From assembly GCA_035547375.1 (NCBI GenBank), contig DASZVD010000105.1:1-56189 (forward strand): a DNA stretch of 56,189 bases, given 5' to 3'. The notes under the pieces are model-generated. The model was not told where the DNA came from. It saw only the letters and a list, made by a program, of their open reading frames with translations, and did no database searches. Both the position numbers and the translations under genes were made by a program. This document shows, in pieces, positions 45,388 to 54,416 of the stretch. Origin of the DNA: Steroidobacteraceae bacterium (GTDB taxonomy: Bacteria; Pseudomonadota; Gammaproteobacteria; Steroidobacterales; Steroidobacteraceae). How positions within the stretch are numbered: position 1 is the stretch's first letter; every line of letters starts with the position of its first letter.

Positions 45388-46409
45388 CGAAGAGCAGACC
45401 GGCGGGTTTCACACCACCTTATGATGCTTATGAGGCGCGCTTTCGTGACTCGACAAAACCGCTCGTTGCCGCCTTCATCGGTATTCAGGACAGGGGCGGC
45501 GATGTCGAGGTAACTGTAAATAGACTCCATGACCTGCTCGCGGGCCCAGACGGTCCGGGAAGCATGGAGCGTGGTTGGCACGTTGATGATCCGGGGGCAT
45601 ATACCCGTCTCGTCATGGCATATTGGCGCGATCACGAGGCCTTCGAACGCTGGTATGCGCAACGCGCGTGCCAACAATGGTTATGCGACCTCACGTGCGA
45701 CCCGCTGGTCGGCCGCTGGATCGAGATTTCAAAGTTGCTGCCGCGCGGCATCGATACGCTCATCGCCAATCCAAAAGTTCATTGGGGCATTGCACAGATC
45801 GCCGACGACGTTGAGGTCACGCCCGACCATGCTTATTGGGGCGGTACGCGCGATCGCATCCGCATGTCGGAGGAAAGCGATCTTGTCTGCGCGGCAGGTC
45901 CAGACCTTCCGGACGCAAAAAAGATATCGGGTGTCGGTGCGATTGTCGACGTCCAGATGCCGGCACAGACCGTCGTAGCACGCGGCGGCCCGGACTGGTC
46001 GAAATGTCCAGCGGACGAGGCGGTGATCTTCAAAAACTCGGTTTATCCCGCCTATGTCGCAGGCGGGCGATACCTTCGCAACCATCCCCAGGAGGCCCAT
46101 TGCTACACCGCCTACCTGGTGCAGGAAACCGACGAGACTGGGCGGGATGTGCTCCGCAACCACCTGATTGCGTACTTCGTGCAGTTGTCCGACATCGAGA
46201 ACTGGACACGCAACCACCCGACTCATCTGGAGATTTACGGCCGATTCATGGCGATGGTGCAACAGCTCGGCCGAATGCCGGACATGAATCTGTACCACGA
46301 GGTCAGCGTGATCCCCGCGGGAGGATTGACCGCCACCTACGTCAATTGCCTCCCCTCAACCGGCCTGTTGCGCTTTGGCAATGTCCGAAAGAATGAGGCC
46401 GGCCGATGA
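45384..46409 (+). CDS. oxd: aldoxime dehydratase (heme-dependent Oxd family)
   Basis: HAYWGGTRDRIRMSE, IENWTRNHPTHLEIYGRFM, NLYHEVSV and YVNCLPSTGLL parallel remembered OxdA/OxdB segments. ATGA overlap with the nitrilase gene. Confidence 0.85.
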   Translation: MTKSRPAGFTPPYDAYEARFRDSTKPLVAAFIGIQDRGGDVEVTVNRLHDLLAGPDGPGSMERGWHVDDPGAYTRLVMAYWRDHEAFERWYAQRACQQWLCDLTCDPLVGRWIEISKLLPRGIDTLIANPKVHWGIAQIADDVEVTPDHAYWGGTRDRIRMSEESDLVCAAGPDLPDAKKISGVGAIVDVQMPAQTVVARGGPDWSKCPADEAVIFKNSVYPAYVAGGRYLRNHPQEAHCYTAYLVQETDETGRDVLRNHLIAYFVQLSDIENWTRNHPTHLEIYGRFMAMVQQLGRMPDMNLYHEVSVIPAGGLTATYVNCLPSTGLLRFGNVRKNEAGR

Positions 46410-46933
46410 CCGGAACGCCGCTGCTCCATGGCTTTGCCTTCTCTCACAATACGCGCAAGGTCCTGGCCGTTGCCCACCATCTCGGGGTGGCAATCGAGCT
46501 CAAATCCGTGAATCTGTTGGCCAAGGAGACCTCTACCGACGCATTCAAGGCCATGAACCCCAACGCTCTGTCGCCCGTCCTCATCGATGGCACGCTCACA
46601 CTATGGGATGCAGCCGAAATAGCCCGTGGCGAGGCACTTGTTGCCAAAGCCGCACCGGTCCTCGACAGGCATCTGTCGGATAGAATTTTTGTTGCTGGTC
46701 ATAACCTGACGTTGGCCGACTACGCATTGGCAGCGGTACTCGAATACCACCATATCGTCGGCTATCCGATTGCCCACTTCGCCAACGTGCTGCGCTGGCA
46801 CGCGGAGGTGCGCGATACCGCCGGCTGGCAGGCTACCGAGCCGCCCTGGGAGCAAGTCGGTTTGGCGCGGGCGCCGCGCACTCGGGCGCTCGATATAGGT
46901 CAGAGAGCCCTTATCCCTAGCGACGTACCGTAG
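46406..46933 (+). CDS. glutathione S-transferase-like protein (short, 175 aa)
   Basis: The N-terminal thioredoxin-like part (KAMNPNALSPVLIDGTLTLWDAAEI) joins almost directly to a C-terminal helical part (LTLADYALAAVLEY). ATGA overlap with oxd. Confidence 0.65.
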   Translation: MTGTPLLHGFAFSHNTRKVLAVAHHLGVAIELKSVNLLAKETSTDAFKAMNPNALSPVLIDGTLTLWDAAEIARGEALVAKAAPVLDRHLSDRIFVAGHNLTLADYALAAVLEYHHIVGYPIAHFANVLRWHAEVRDTAGWQATEPPWEQVGLARAPRTRALDIGQRALIPSDVP

Positions 46934-46968
46934 CAGAACAAGAATCCGCCGGACCATACGCACAACTA

Positions 46969-46989
46969 GCGGGTCGCTTTGCGACCCGC
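46969..46989 (+). terminator. perfect 9-bp stem hairpin between the GST-like gene and the TonB receptor (attenuator/terminator candidate, no U tract)
   Basis: gcgggtcgc ttt gcgacccgc. Confidence 0.3.
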
Positions 46990-47000
46990 CATCGGGGGAG

Positions 47001-49406
47001 ATGCAGATGCGATTTGCAGTCTTGAAAGGCGAGCGGTACATCGGGCTGACCGCTGCCGCTTATTCCTTCGTACTTGCGGCCACCGTACAGTCCGCGCCAG
47101 CCGTCGAACCCTTGACCACCGGTCCAAACTCCTCCGGCGCTCTCGAGGAGGTGGTTGTCACCGCGCGCAAGCGCGAGGAGAACCTCCAGGCCACGCCAAT
47201 TTCGATTGCCGCCTTTTCGGGCGCTGACCTGGGCACGCGCGATGCCGCGCGCATCGACGCGCTGGCGCAATTCGTGCCTAACCTCGTGCTGCAGGAGAAT
47301 CCAGGCGCGGGCGGATCGGCCTCGAATGCCGCAGTCTTTATCCGCGGCGTTGGTCAGTCCGACTTCATACCGACCGTCGACCCTGGAGTAGGTATCTACT
47401 TGGACGGCGTCTACTTGGCGCGTAGCGTCGGCTCGCTGCTCGACCTCATGGACATCGATCGTGTCGAGGTGCTGCGTGGTCCGCAGGGTACTCTGTTCGG
47501 CCGGAATACCATTGGCGGCGCGGTCAACATAACCAGCCTCAAACCGGACTTCTCGGGTTTTGCGAGCAAGCTTGGTGCTACCTTCGGTACCGCCAATCAC
47601 GCGGACGTGAAGGCTTGGATGAACCTGCCAATTGCCTCCGATCTTGCTGTCACCTTGTCAGTGGGGCATTTCGGCCAAGGCGGCTACGTCGACCAGCCTG
47701 CAGACGGCGAGAGCCTCGGAAACACCAATACTCTGGTAGGGCGCGCGGCGCTGCGCTGGAAGAGCGGCCCGCTGGAAGTCCTTTTCAGCGTCGACGGCAC
47801 GCGGACACGCGAAAACGGCCCGGCTTTCACGCTGCGTGGCGTTAGTTTCGCGTCATCGATCTTCAACCCGCAGCACCTGCCGCTGCTGCCCCCCGGGTCC
47901 CTGCCGCTGCCTGGCCACTACGTAGTCAATCCGCCGGCGGATGCTCCGGTGGATAACTTCGCGCTTTTCAACAATTACGTCGCCACATTGGTCAATGCCG
48001 GCAACTGTCTTGGTATCGGCGCACCAACCTATAACCCGGCCGGCGACCCCGCGAACCCGGCCTGCTATGGTCCGCAGTATGCGCGGGAGTCCTCGAAGGA
48101 GAATCTCGGGACATTTCCCAGCTTCAGCGACGACAATCTCTGGGGAACGGCGCTCACCATCGACTGGAGCATTGCCGACGACGTCTCCTTGAGGTCGATC
48201 ACCGCTTATCGACATCTCAACAGCGATTTCCAGCGCGACGGCGATGAGTCGCCATTGACGATTTATCAGCTCGCAGATCAGCTGAGCGACCGTCAATTCA
48301 GCGAGGAACTGCAGCTCCAGGGTGACTCATTCAACCAGGCGCTCAAGTGGATCGCAGGTGTCTACTATTTCAACGAGAAGGCGGACAATGCAAACACGAT
48401 CGACTTCGCGCCCATTGAGGCGCTGTCCGGGGGCTTGAGCGCCACGACCAGCTGGGCGGGATTCGCGCAGGCGACCTATAACCTCACCTCGCAGCTGTCG
48501 ATCACCGGAGGCGCTCGCTACACGCGCGATAGCAAGACATTCCTGCCGATTCAATACGTGCTGGACAGCAAGGGTGGGCCCTTCCCGGACGGTACTCCGC
48601 TGCTGCCCGAGGTTGAGGTGCAGCGCGTGTTCTCGAAGGCCACGCCGATGGTGAATATCGCCGATCAGCTGGACCCCAACTTCATGATCTACGCGACCTT
48701 TAGCGAGGGCTTCAAGTCAGGTGGCTTCACGCAACGCGTCTTCCCGCCGTTGCCGGCGACGCCCTCGTTCAACCCAGAGACGGTGCGCTCGTATGAGATC
48801 GGACTCAAGACCATCTGGTTGGACGATACGCTGCGTGTGAACATCGCCGGGTTCCACACAGACTACGACGACATCCAGGTCCAGATCTTCCGCGACGTCG
48901 CACCGGTAACGGCCAACGGTGGCAAGGCCCGTATTAACGGCTTCGAGTTCGAGTCTCAGTGGGCGCCCGGGGCCGGCTGGCGCCTCGAGGTGAATGCGGG
49001 TCTGACCGATGCGCGCTACACCGAGATAGACCCGGACGCGACCGAGCTCAATCTGAGCTCGAAGTTCGCGCTCGTCTCGAAGTGGACATATTCACTCGCC
49101 GTGCAGAAGCAGTTCACACTCGCGGCCGGTGGTTATATCACTCCGCGGGTCGATTGGTCGTACCGCTCCTCCTACTACAATGATGCGCTCAACACCCCAG
49201 CCTTGTTCCAGCCGGGATATGGGCTGCTGGGTGCCTCCGTCTCATGGGACTCTCCGCAGAGGGCTTACGGGGTCGTCGCAGGGCTTCGCAATGCCCTGAA
49301 CAAGGATTACACCCTGGCCGGTTATTTCTCGCCCAGCTCGGGAACCGAGGAAGTTATCCCGAGCCGCGGCCGAGAGTGGTACGTCACACTCAAGGCGCAG
49401 TTTTAG
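47001..49406 (+). CDS. TonB-dependent receptor
   Basis: Plug region EEVVVTARKREENLQATPISIAAFSGADL...VEVLRGPQGTLFGRNTIGGAVNI. The C-terminal barrel ends ...YVTLKAQF. ATG 47007 is the better-spaced start relative to GGGGAG. Confidence 0.9.
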   Translation: MQMRFAVLKGERYIGLTAAAYSFVLAATVQSAPAVEPLTTGPNSSGALEEVVVTARKREENLQATPISIAAFSGADLGTRDAARIDALAQFVPNLVLQENPGAGGSASNAAVFIRGVGQSDFIPTVDPGVGIYLDGVYLARSVGSLLDLMDIDRVEVLRGPQGTLFGRNTIGGAVNITSLKPDFSGFASKLGATFGTANHADVKAWMNLPIASDLAVTLSVGHFGQGGYVDQPADGESLGNTNTLVGRAALRWKSGPLEVLFSVDGTRTRENGPAFTLRGVSFASSIFNPQHLPLLPPGSLPLPGHYVVNPPADAPVDNFALFNNYVATLVNAGNCLGIGAPTYNPAGDPANPACYGPQYARESSKENLGTFPSFSDDNLWGTALTIDWSIADDVSLRSITAYRHLNSDFQRDGDESPLTIYQLADQLSDRQFSEELQLQGDSFNQALKWIAGVYYFNEKADNANTIDFAPIEALSGGLSATTSWAGFAQATYNLTSQLSITGGARYTRDSKTFLPIQYVLDSKGGPFPDGTPLLPEVEVQRVFSKATPMVNIADQLDPNFMIYATFSEGFKSGGFTQRVFPPLPATPSFNPETVRSYEIGLKTIWLDDTLRVNIAGFHTDYDDIQVQIFRDVAPVTANGGKARINGFEFESQWAPGAGWRLEVNAGLTDARYTEIDPDATELNLSSKFALVSKWTYSLAVQKQFTLAAGGYITPRVDWSYRSSYYNDALNTPALFQPGYGLLGASVSWDSPQRAYGVVAGLRNALNKDYTLAGYFSPSSGTEEVIPSRGREWYVTLKAQF

Positions 49407-49709
49407 ACTTGCCTTGATTGCGAGGTACAGCGCATTTCATGCCGCGCGGGATAGAACTCATAGTGCTGACTGTTGAGCCCCCTGAGTACGCGCCGCGCCT
49501 ATGTTCGTGAGCTTCGGGGGCGGCCGCCAGGCGCATCCAATAAAATAAACCGAGATATTCGATCGGCGCTGCGTGACCTCGCGAAGGGAAATGCCGACCA
49601 GCAGGGTGAGTGCGCGGCCGAGCGCGTCTTGCGTGGCAGCGGGCCAGTCATGCTCGAGGTCGTACAGCGCGCGGGCAACGAGGGCGCGCACCGGGTCAGG
49701 GACCATACC

Positions 49710-49738
49710 TTGTAGTTCTGTAATGTATATGTTACAAT
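49710..49738 (+). promoter_or_regulatory. candidate sigma-70 promoter with embedded TGTAA-N8-TTACA inverted repeat (TA operator candidate)
   Basis: TTGTAG (49710-49715), 17-nt spacer, TACAAT (49733-49738). The toxin ATG lies only 5 nt after the -10, so the transcript could be leaderless. Confidence 0.4.
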
Positions 49739-49743
49739 GCATC

Positions 49744-50037
49744 ATGTTCGAAGTCCGCCAAACCCAGGAATTCCGCGAGTGGCTGCACAAGCTGCGCGAC
49801 GACCGGGCCTGAGTGAAAATCACTGAACGGCTGCTGCGTGTTGAGGGCGGAAACTTCGGGGACGTGGAACCCGTTGGCGACGGCGTTTCGGAATTGCGTA
49901 TCGACTACGGTCCCGGCTACCGGGTGTATTTCACGCGCCGCGGACGGATGGTCGTCGTCATCCTCTGCGGTGGCGACAAGCGAACCCAAACCGCAGACAT
50001 CAAGCGTGCAAAGCGTATGGCGCGCAATCTGGAGTAA
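49744..50037 (+). pseudogene. RelE/ParE-superfamily addiction-module killer (HigB-like) gene interrupted by an in-frame TGA at codon 23
   Basis: MFEVRQTQEFREWLHKLRDDRA-TGA(49810-49812)-VKITERLLRVEGGNFGDVEPVGDGVSELRIDYGPGYRVYFTRRGRMVVVILCGGDKRTQ. Both halves are in the same frame and together match the full-length family pattern. Confidence 0.8.
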
Positions 50038-50040
50038 GCC

Positions 50041-50328
50041 ATGGCAAAACTGAAGACAACCCGCTTTGATGCAGCCGAATACCTGAAGTCCGAAAAGGAT
50101 TGCGCCGTGTTTCTGGAAGCCGCCTTTGAGAGCGGCGATACCGCGCACATTGCCAAAGCGCTTGGTGTCGTAGCCCGTGCCCGTGGGATGATGAAGCTGG
50201 CGAAGGAAACCGGACTGACTCGCGAGGCGCTGTACCGAATGTTGTCGGAGGACGGCAATCCCACGCTGGACACGCTGCTCAAGGTCGCCAAGGCGTTTGG
50301 CGTTCACTTGACCGTGAGTCCGGCCTGA
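50041..50328 (+). CDS. addiction-module antidote protein (HigA-family HTH antitoxin)
   Basis: MAKLKTTRFDAAEYLKSEKDCAVFLEAAFESGD...LAKETGLTREALYRMLSEDGNPTLDTLLKVAKAFG is typical of the antidote family paired with the upstream killer family. Confidence 0.9.
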   Translation: MAKLKTTRFDAAEYLKSEKDCAVFLEAAFESGDTAHIAKALGVVARARGMMKLAKETGLTREALYRMLSEDGNPTLDTLLKVAKAFGVHLTVSPA

Positions 50329-50505
50329 GCCTCGCCCAACGCAATAGGAAGGCGCCAGAGAGCGGCGATCGATCCAAGGCCGGGCGAGCGGACGTTTGAA
50401 GGGGCGCTCGCGGCACTGCGGTTCGCCGAGTTTCGACAGCAGACCTCTGGCATTCTGCCGGCGGGACGATAGGCCAAAGAGGGGCTATGCTGTTCGCCGC
50501 CTTCC

Positions 50506-51015
50506 TCACGCCTCGTTGCTGACCATGACGCCGAGTATCGTGCAAGGCTCCGAACCGCGATTTTCCCAGGCGTGATTGGTCCCGCGCTGAATGAGGACAT
50601 CTCCTGCACGTAAGACGACGACGCCCTCCTCCAGCACGCAGTGCATTTCACCCTTCAAGACGACTACGTAGTCAATCGTCATCGTCCTGTGCATGGAGCC
50701 ACCATCGTTAGTCTGTGCGGAAGCACCGATGGTTTCGTACACTCCCTTCCAGTCATCCTCCTTGTATTGCGAAATCGGGGGGAAGGTCACCACCTTCAAA
50801 ATCGTTCCGAATCGTCTCGGTTCCAACCGGACAGGCCTCGTGACCGTATCGGTTGTACCGTTGACGTCGTTTGGAGGCGTTACCGTCTCCCACAGATCAC
50901 TGAAGATCAGCCCCGGAATCGGCTCTATCGTATTCGGCGGCGGCCCATCCAGGAGCACACGGGAGCGTCCGTCACTCCCAGCTCCAGTGACAACCCTGCG
51001 AACGTGTCCCGGCAT
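50506..51015 (-). CDS. cupin domain protein
   Basis: HRTMTIDYVVVLKGEMHCVLEEGVVVLRAGDVLIQRGTNHAWENRG follows the two-motif cupin pattern. Confidence 0.75.
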   Translation of the reverse strand: MPGHVRRVVTGAGSDGRSRVLLDGPPPNTIEPIPGLIFSDLWETVTPPNDVNGTTDTVTRPVRLEPRRFGTILKVVTFPPISQYKEDDWKGVYETIGASAQTNDGGSMHRTMTIDYVVVLKGEMHCVLEEGVVVLRAGDVLIQRGTNHAWENRGSEPCTILGVMVSNEA

Positions 51016-51050
51016 GGAGGTTCCTCCGTATTGCGTTGATTGAGCGTATC

Positions 51051-52136
51051 TCAGACTGACGACAAACCCGCCACAGTGCGCTCAGCAATCTGCCTCGCCG
51101 AGTCCAGCACGGCATGTCGCCACTGATCATTCGTAGGACTGAAGCACTCGGAAATCGTGGCTCGGAGGCGTAGCGAGCGAGGCGACGTACGATCCGCAGA
51201 AAAACGCAGCCAGCGATCGATCATGAGCGCACTCAGCACGTCCGCATTGGCCTTCGTGCCGAATTCGACCACCACAGCATAGGTTTGAGCGTCCGGCAAC
51301 ATCTGAGGAAGCGCCATAGTCAGGATCCCTGCGAAGCGCGGCGCCTCTCCCCCGGGGAAATGCCTTTCTATCAGGGTGACATCCTTCTTATACCATTTAC
51401 TCAGAGCCTGCGCGGACGGCGTACCTGGCGTATGGAACGCCAGCGGCACCGGCTCGGCGAATCGCCCAATCCCCGTGTGCCAGTCGATGCAGGCAACGTG
51501 TCGGGCAGCCGAAAGATGCGCCGCGACGAGGGAGCGGAAGGCCGAATTGGACCACTCCTCGCGATGCCCACCGAAGTTGACGCCATCGGGATACTCATAT
51601 TGTCCGCGCATGATGGCGTCGACTCGAGAGGTCGCAGCCCGGTCGCCTGGCGCCAATGCGGTCTTCAGCTGCGTCGCGGCCGACTCGACATCGGCTGCGC
51701 AGAGCAGGGGGTGAAGCTCCGAGTAAACCGGGTTTGAGGGCAGTCCCGCCGCAAAATCAATGAAGTTCCTGTTGAGATCCACATTGTTTTCGGTTGTCCG
51801 CAGCTGATGAGCCATGCCCCACGGATTGAGCGCGTGGACGAGGATTGCATTCATGTCCGGTGGCAGCGCCGAAACCAGGGGTGAGGTCAGGAAGTCGTTG
51901 AGCAGGCCCGTGGAAATAATGGCCTCGGTGCCGTGAACACCGGAGATCATCAGCAGCGATCTGGGGGCATTTCGCTGTCCAACGGTGCCGACGTCGACGT
52001 ACAGTGCCTCACCTGTCGGGCCCACGGCTCCCGCGTTGAGATAGCTGGTCACTTGCCCGCCGCACGCGACGACATTCTTCAGGAACTTCGCGCGAGAGGC
52101 GCGGTAGTCCCCACTGAAGCAGCTGAGGTCACCCAT
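51051..52136 (-). CDS. M14-like zinc hydrolase fold protein (DUF2817-like)
   Basis: LMISGVHGTEAI contains an HxxE zinc-binding-type motif. Size and layout resemble DUF2817 proteins. ATG 52136 preferred over TTG 52148. Confidence 0.6.
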   Translation of the reverse strand: MGDLSCFSGDYRASRAKFLKNVVACGGQVTSYLNAGAVGPTGEALYVDVGTVGQRNAPRSLLMISGVHGTEAIISTGLLNDFLTSPLVSALPPDMNAILVHALNPWGMAHQLRTTENNVDLNRNFIDFAAGLPSNPVYSELHPLLCAADVESAATQLKTALAPGDRAATSRVDAIMRGQYEYPDGVNFGGHREEWSNSAFRSLVAAHLSAARHVACIDWHTGIGRFAEPVPLAFHTPGTPSAQALSKWYKKDVTLIERHFPGGEAPRFAGILTMALPQMLPDAQTYAVVVEFGTKANADVLSALMIDRWLRFSADRTSPRSLRLRATISECFSPTNDQWRHAVLDSARQIAERTVAGLSSV

Positions 52137-52144
52137 GGGCGGCG

Positions 52145-54271
52145 TCAATACTTGTACGTGAACTGCGCGCCGTACCGACGCGGATTGTTGAATTGGGTGG
52201 GCAACCCGATCCCTTGATTCAGGAACGGCTGAATCTGGATGGCATGACGCTCATTGGACAGGTTCTCACCGTAGAGGCCAGCGCTCCACTGGGGGGTGAC
52301 CTGCCACGTCAGCCGCAGATTATAGTCAGTGTAGCCGTCGTTGCCTTCCCGGGGGTCGTTGATTCGCGTGAAGAACACGCTCGAATCGTGGGTCAGTTCC
52401 GCCTGCGCCGTGAGATCCCCGTGGTTGGGGATCGGGATCGTGTAGGCGGGAATCAGATTCACCTGAAACTTGGGGGCGAACGGCAGCTGATTGCCGGAGT
52501 ACAGGTATGATTCCCCCGGACCGACATCGCTCGGATTGCCGATGAACGTGCCGTATTTGGTGTGAAGGAGCGAGCCGTTGAAGGTCACATGGAAGTGCTC
52601 TACCGGCGTCAACTGCACTTCAGCCTCGAAACCGTCTATGTTGGCGGACGTGGCATTGCGTTCCGAGGTCACTCCGACAGCCACGACAACCTGCTCCTGC
52701 TTGTCCCGGATCTGTTCGTGGAAGACCGCGAAATTCGCCGTCCCGTGGCCGTCCAGGAATTGGGTCTTCAGTCCCGCCTCGTAGTTCCAGACGATTTCGG
52801 GCTTGGCCGGAATCGCGCTGTCCGTGGTCAGTCCCCACGTGCCGCTGCGGAATCCCTCACTGATCGAAACATACGCCATGGTGGCGTGAGTGAACGAGTA
52901 CTTGGCCACGAACCGCGGAGATACATTGCCCCAGCCCTGCGCGGCATCCAGCTTGAGGGGCTGGGGGAGCTCCAGATTCCGCCCGACGATGGTCTTTCGA
53001 TCATACGTATAGCGCAGGCCGGCGGTGAGGTCGAATCCGTCCGACACGGAATACGTAGTTTCGGCAAACGCCGCAGCGCTGCGCGTGGTGGAGTTGTTGT
53101 CGAGTCGATTCAGCACGGCCGGGGCACCACCCGTGACGCCGGAGCCCAGGTCGACGTCACCGGTCTCGACGGCATTCTCGCCGTACAGGAAGAGTCCGCC
53201 GATCCAGGTCCACGGCCCGACCGAGCTCGATGCCAGGCGGCCCTCGAGCGCAAACTCATGATCTCTGAGATTGAAATCGATCAGGTTCACCAGGTCGAGG
53301 GCCGAGCTGTCCGAGTCGAAGTCGGAGACGGAGTCACTGGCGACGTAGCTGGCAATGACCGTCGCCTTGCCGAAACCCACGTTGCACTCGTACTTCGCGC
53401 TGAAAGTGCTGTTGTCACGCTCTTCGTCGTGAGGCGAGTTTGTGGTGTTGACGTCGATGGGTTGATTTGGAAACAGGGCGACGTTCACGAACTGGCTGTG
53501 ATCCCGCGACGTGCTGTGATCGGCTTGCAGGACGAACTCGCTGTCATCGTCCTGATAGTGAAGGCTCCCCCGGACGATGCTCTCTGCGTCGTCCGCGAAG
53601 TTCTGTCGCTTGACGTAGTTGTAAGCCCAGCCATCCGTCGAGGAAGTGCCGGCCGCAAGCTTTACTCCCCAACCCCCGCCAAGGGGAGCCAGTACATATC
53701 CCCTCATGTTCACGGTGTTGAAATCTCCATACGATGCCGTGCCATATGCCTGGAGCTCGGTGCCGGGCTGCACGGTGATGAATTGAACCGCGCCGGCGGA
53801 GGCATTCCTGCCGAACAGCGTCCCCTGCGGCCCGCGCAGCACTTCAACCCGCTCGATATCGGGCAGCAGAAAGATGTTCGCGTAGGGGCGGCTGAGGTAG
53901 ACGTCATCCACGTACACCGCGACCGGGTTGTCCTGGGTATTTCCGTTGGGATCGACTACCCCCACCCCACGCAACACGATGGGCGTGGTTCCGAGCTGCC
54001 CGTCGCCTCCGATCGTGAGGCTGGGGGTGTGGGCCGCGATATCGGTGCTGCTCACTATTGCGAATTTATCGAGGTCCGCAGCGGAGAAGGCGGAAATGGC
54101 GATGGGAGTGTCCTGCAGCTTCGATTCCGTGCGCCCCGCCGTGACGACGATTTCGTTCAGCTCCTGCTCGGCAGGGGGCGGATCCGCCTGCGCCCGTGCG
54201 GCTGCGAGCAGAGCCGAGGAGATGAGTATCGCCGCACGGAAATCGCGCGATTCGAGCTGTCGACGAGCCAT
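52145..54271 (-). CDS. TonB-dependent receptor
   Basis: Signal peptide. Plug region EIVVTAGRTESKLQDTPIAISAFSAADL...VEVLRGPQGTLFGRNASAGAVQF. Long beta-barrel with an aromatic C terminus. Confidence 0.9.
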   Translation of the reverse strand: MARRQLESRDFRAAILISSALLAAARAQADPPPAEQELNEIVVTAGRTESKLQDTPIAISAFSAADLDKFAIVSSTDIAAHTPSLTIGGDGQLGTTPIVLRGVGVVDPNGNTQDNPVAVYVDDVYLSRPYANIFLLPDIERVEVLRGPQGTLFGRNASAGAVQFITVQPGTELQAYGTASYGDFNTVNMRGYVLAPLGGGWGVKLAAGTSSTDGWAYNYVKRQNFADDAESIVRGSLHYQDDDSEFVLQADHSTSRDHSQFVNVALFPNQPIDVNTTNSPHDEERDNSTFSAKYECNVGFGKATVIASYVASDSVSDFDSDSSALDLVNLIDFNLRDHEFALEGRLASSSVGPWTWIGGLFLYGENAVETGDVDLGSGVTGGAPAVLNRLDNNSTTRSAAAFAETTYSVSDGFDLTAGLRYTYDRKTIVGRNLELPQPLKLDAAQGWGNVSPRFVAKYSFTHATMAYVSISEGFRSGTWGLTTDSAIPAKPEIVWNYEAGLKTQFLDGHGTANFAVFHEQIRDKQEQVVVAVGVTSERNATSANIDGFEAEVQLTPVEHFHVTFNGSLLHTKYGTFIGNPSDVGPGESYLYSGNQLPFAPKFQVNLIPAYTIPIPNHGDLTAQAELTHDSSVFFTRINDPREGNDGYTDYNLRLTWQVTPQWSAGLYGENLSNERHAIQIQPFLNQGIGLPTQFNNPRRYGAQFTYKY

Positions 54272-54295
54272 TGTGCCTACCCCACTGCGTTCGTT

Positions 54296-54344
54296 TTACT
54301 CAAGTGAGTAAATAGATTACACAGTTGAGTAAGCGAGTCAAGTG
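54296..54344. promoter_or_regulatory. palindrome and repeated half-sites in the TetR / TonB-receptor divergent region (operator candidate)
   Basis: TTACTCA-ag-TGAGTAA lies at 54296-54311. TGAGTAA recurs at 54326-54332. TCAAGTG occurs at 54300-54306 and 54338-54344. Confidence 0.4.
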
Positions 54345-54416
54345 TGTGCTAGGATCCGCGTGTGGGTCGCGCTCGCGGCTCAGGATCGTTTGGCACTCCA
54401 CCGAAGCGTTCGAGAC

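Noticed and set aside
49810-49812. The in-frame TGA in the toxin gene as selenocysteine or programmed readthrough
   Set aside because: No SECIS-like hairpin is evident immediately downstream, and homologs have a basic residue at this position. A nonsense mutation is the simpler explanation.
49458-49823. 121-aa minus-strand ORF upstream of the HigB-like gene (internal Met gives MVPDPVRALVARALYDLEHDW...)
   Set aside because: The first ~50 codons from the internal Met have coding-like GC3, but the frame then degrades. It also overlaps the TA promoter and toxin start. It may be a gene fragment, but I cannot assign a family or boundaries.
52562-54307. 581-aa plus-strand ORF opposite the second TonB-dependent receptor
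   Set aside because: The minus strand encodes a complete receptor with plug and barrel. This is a shadow ORF.
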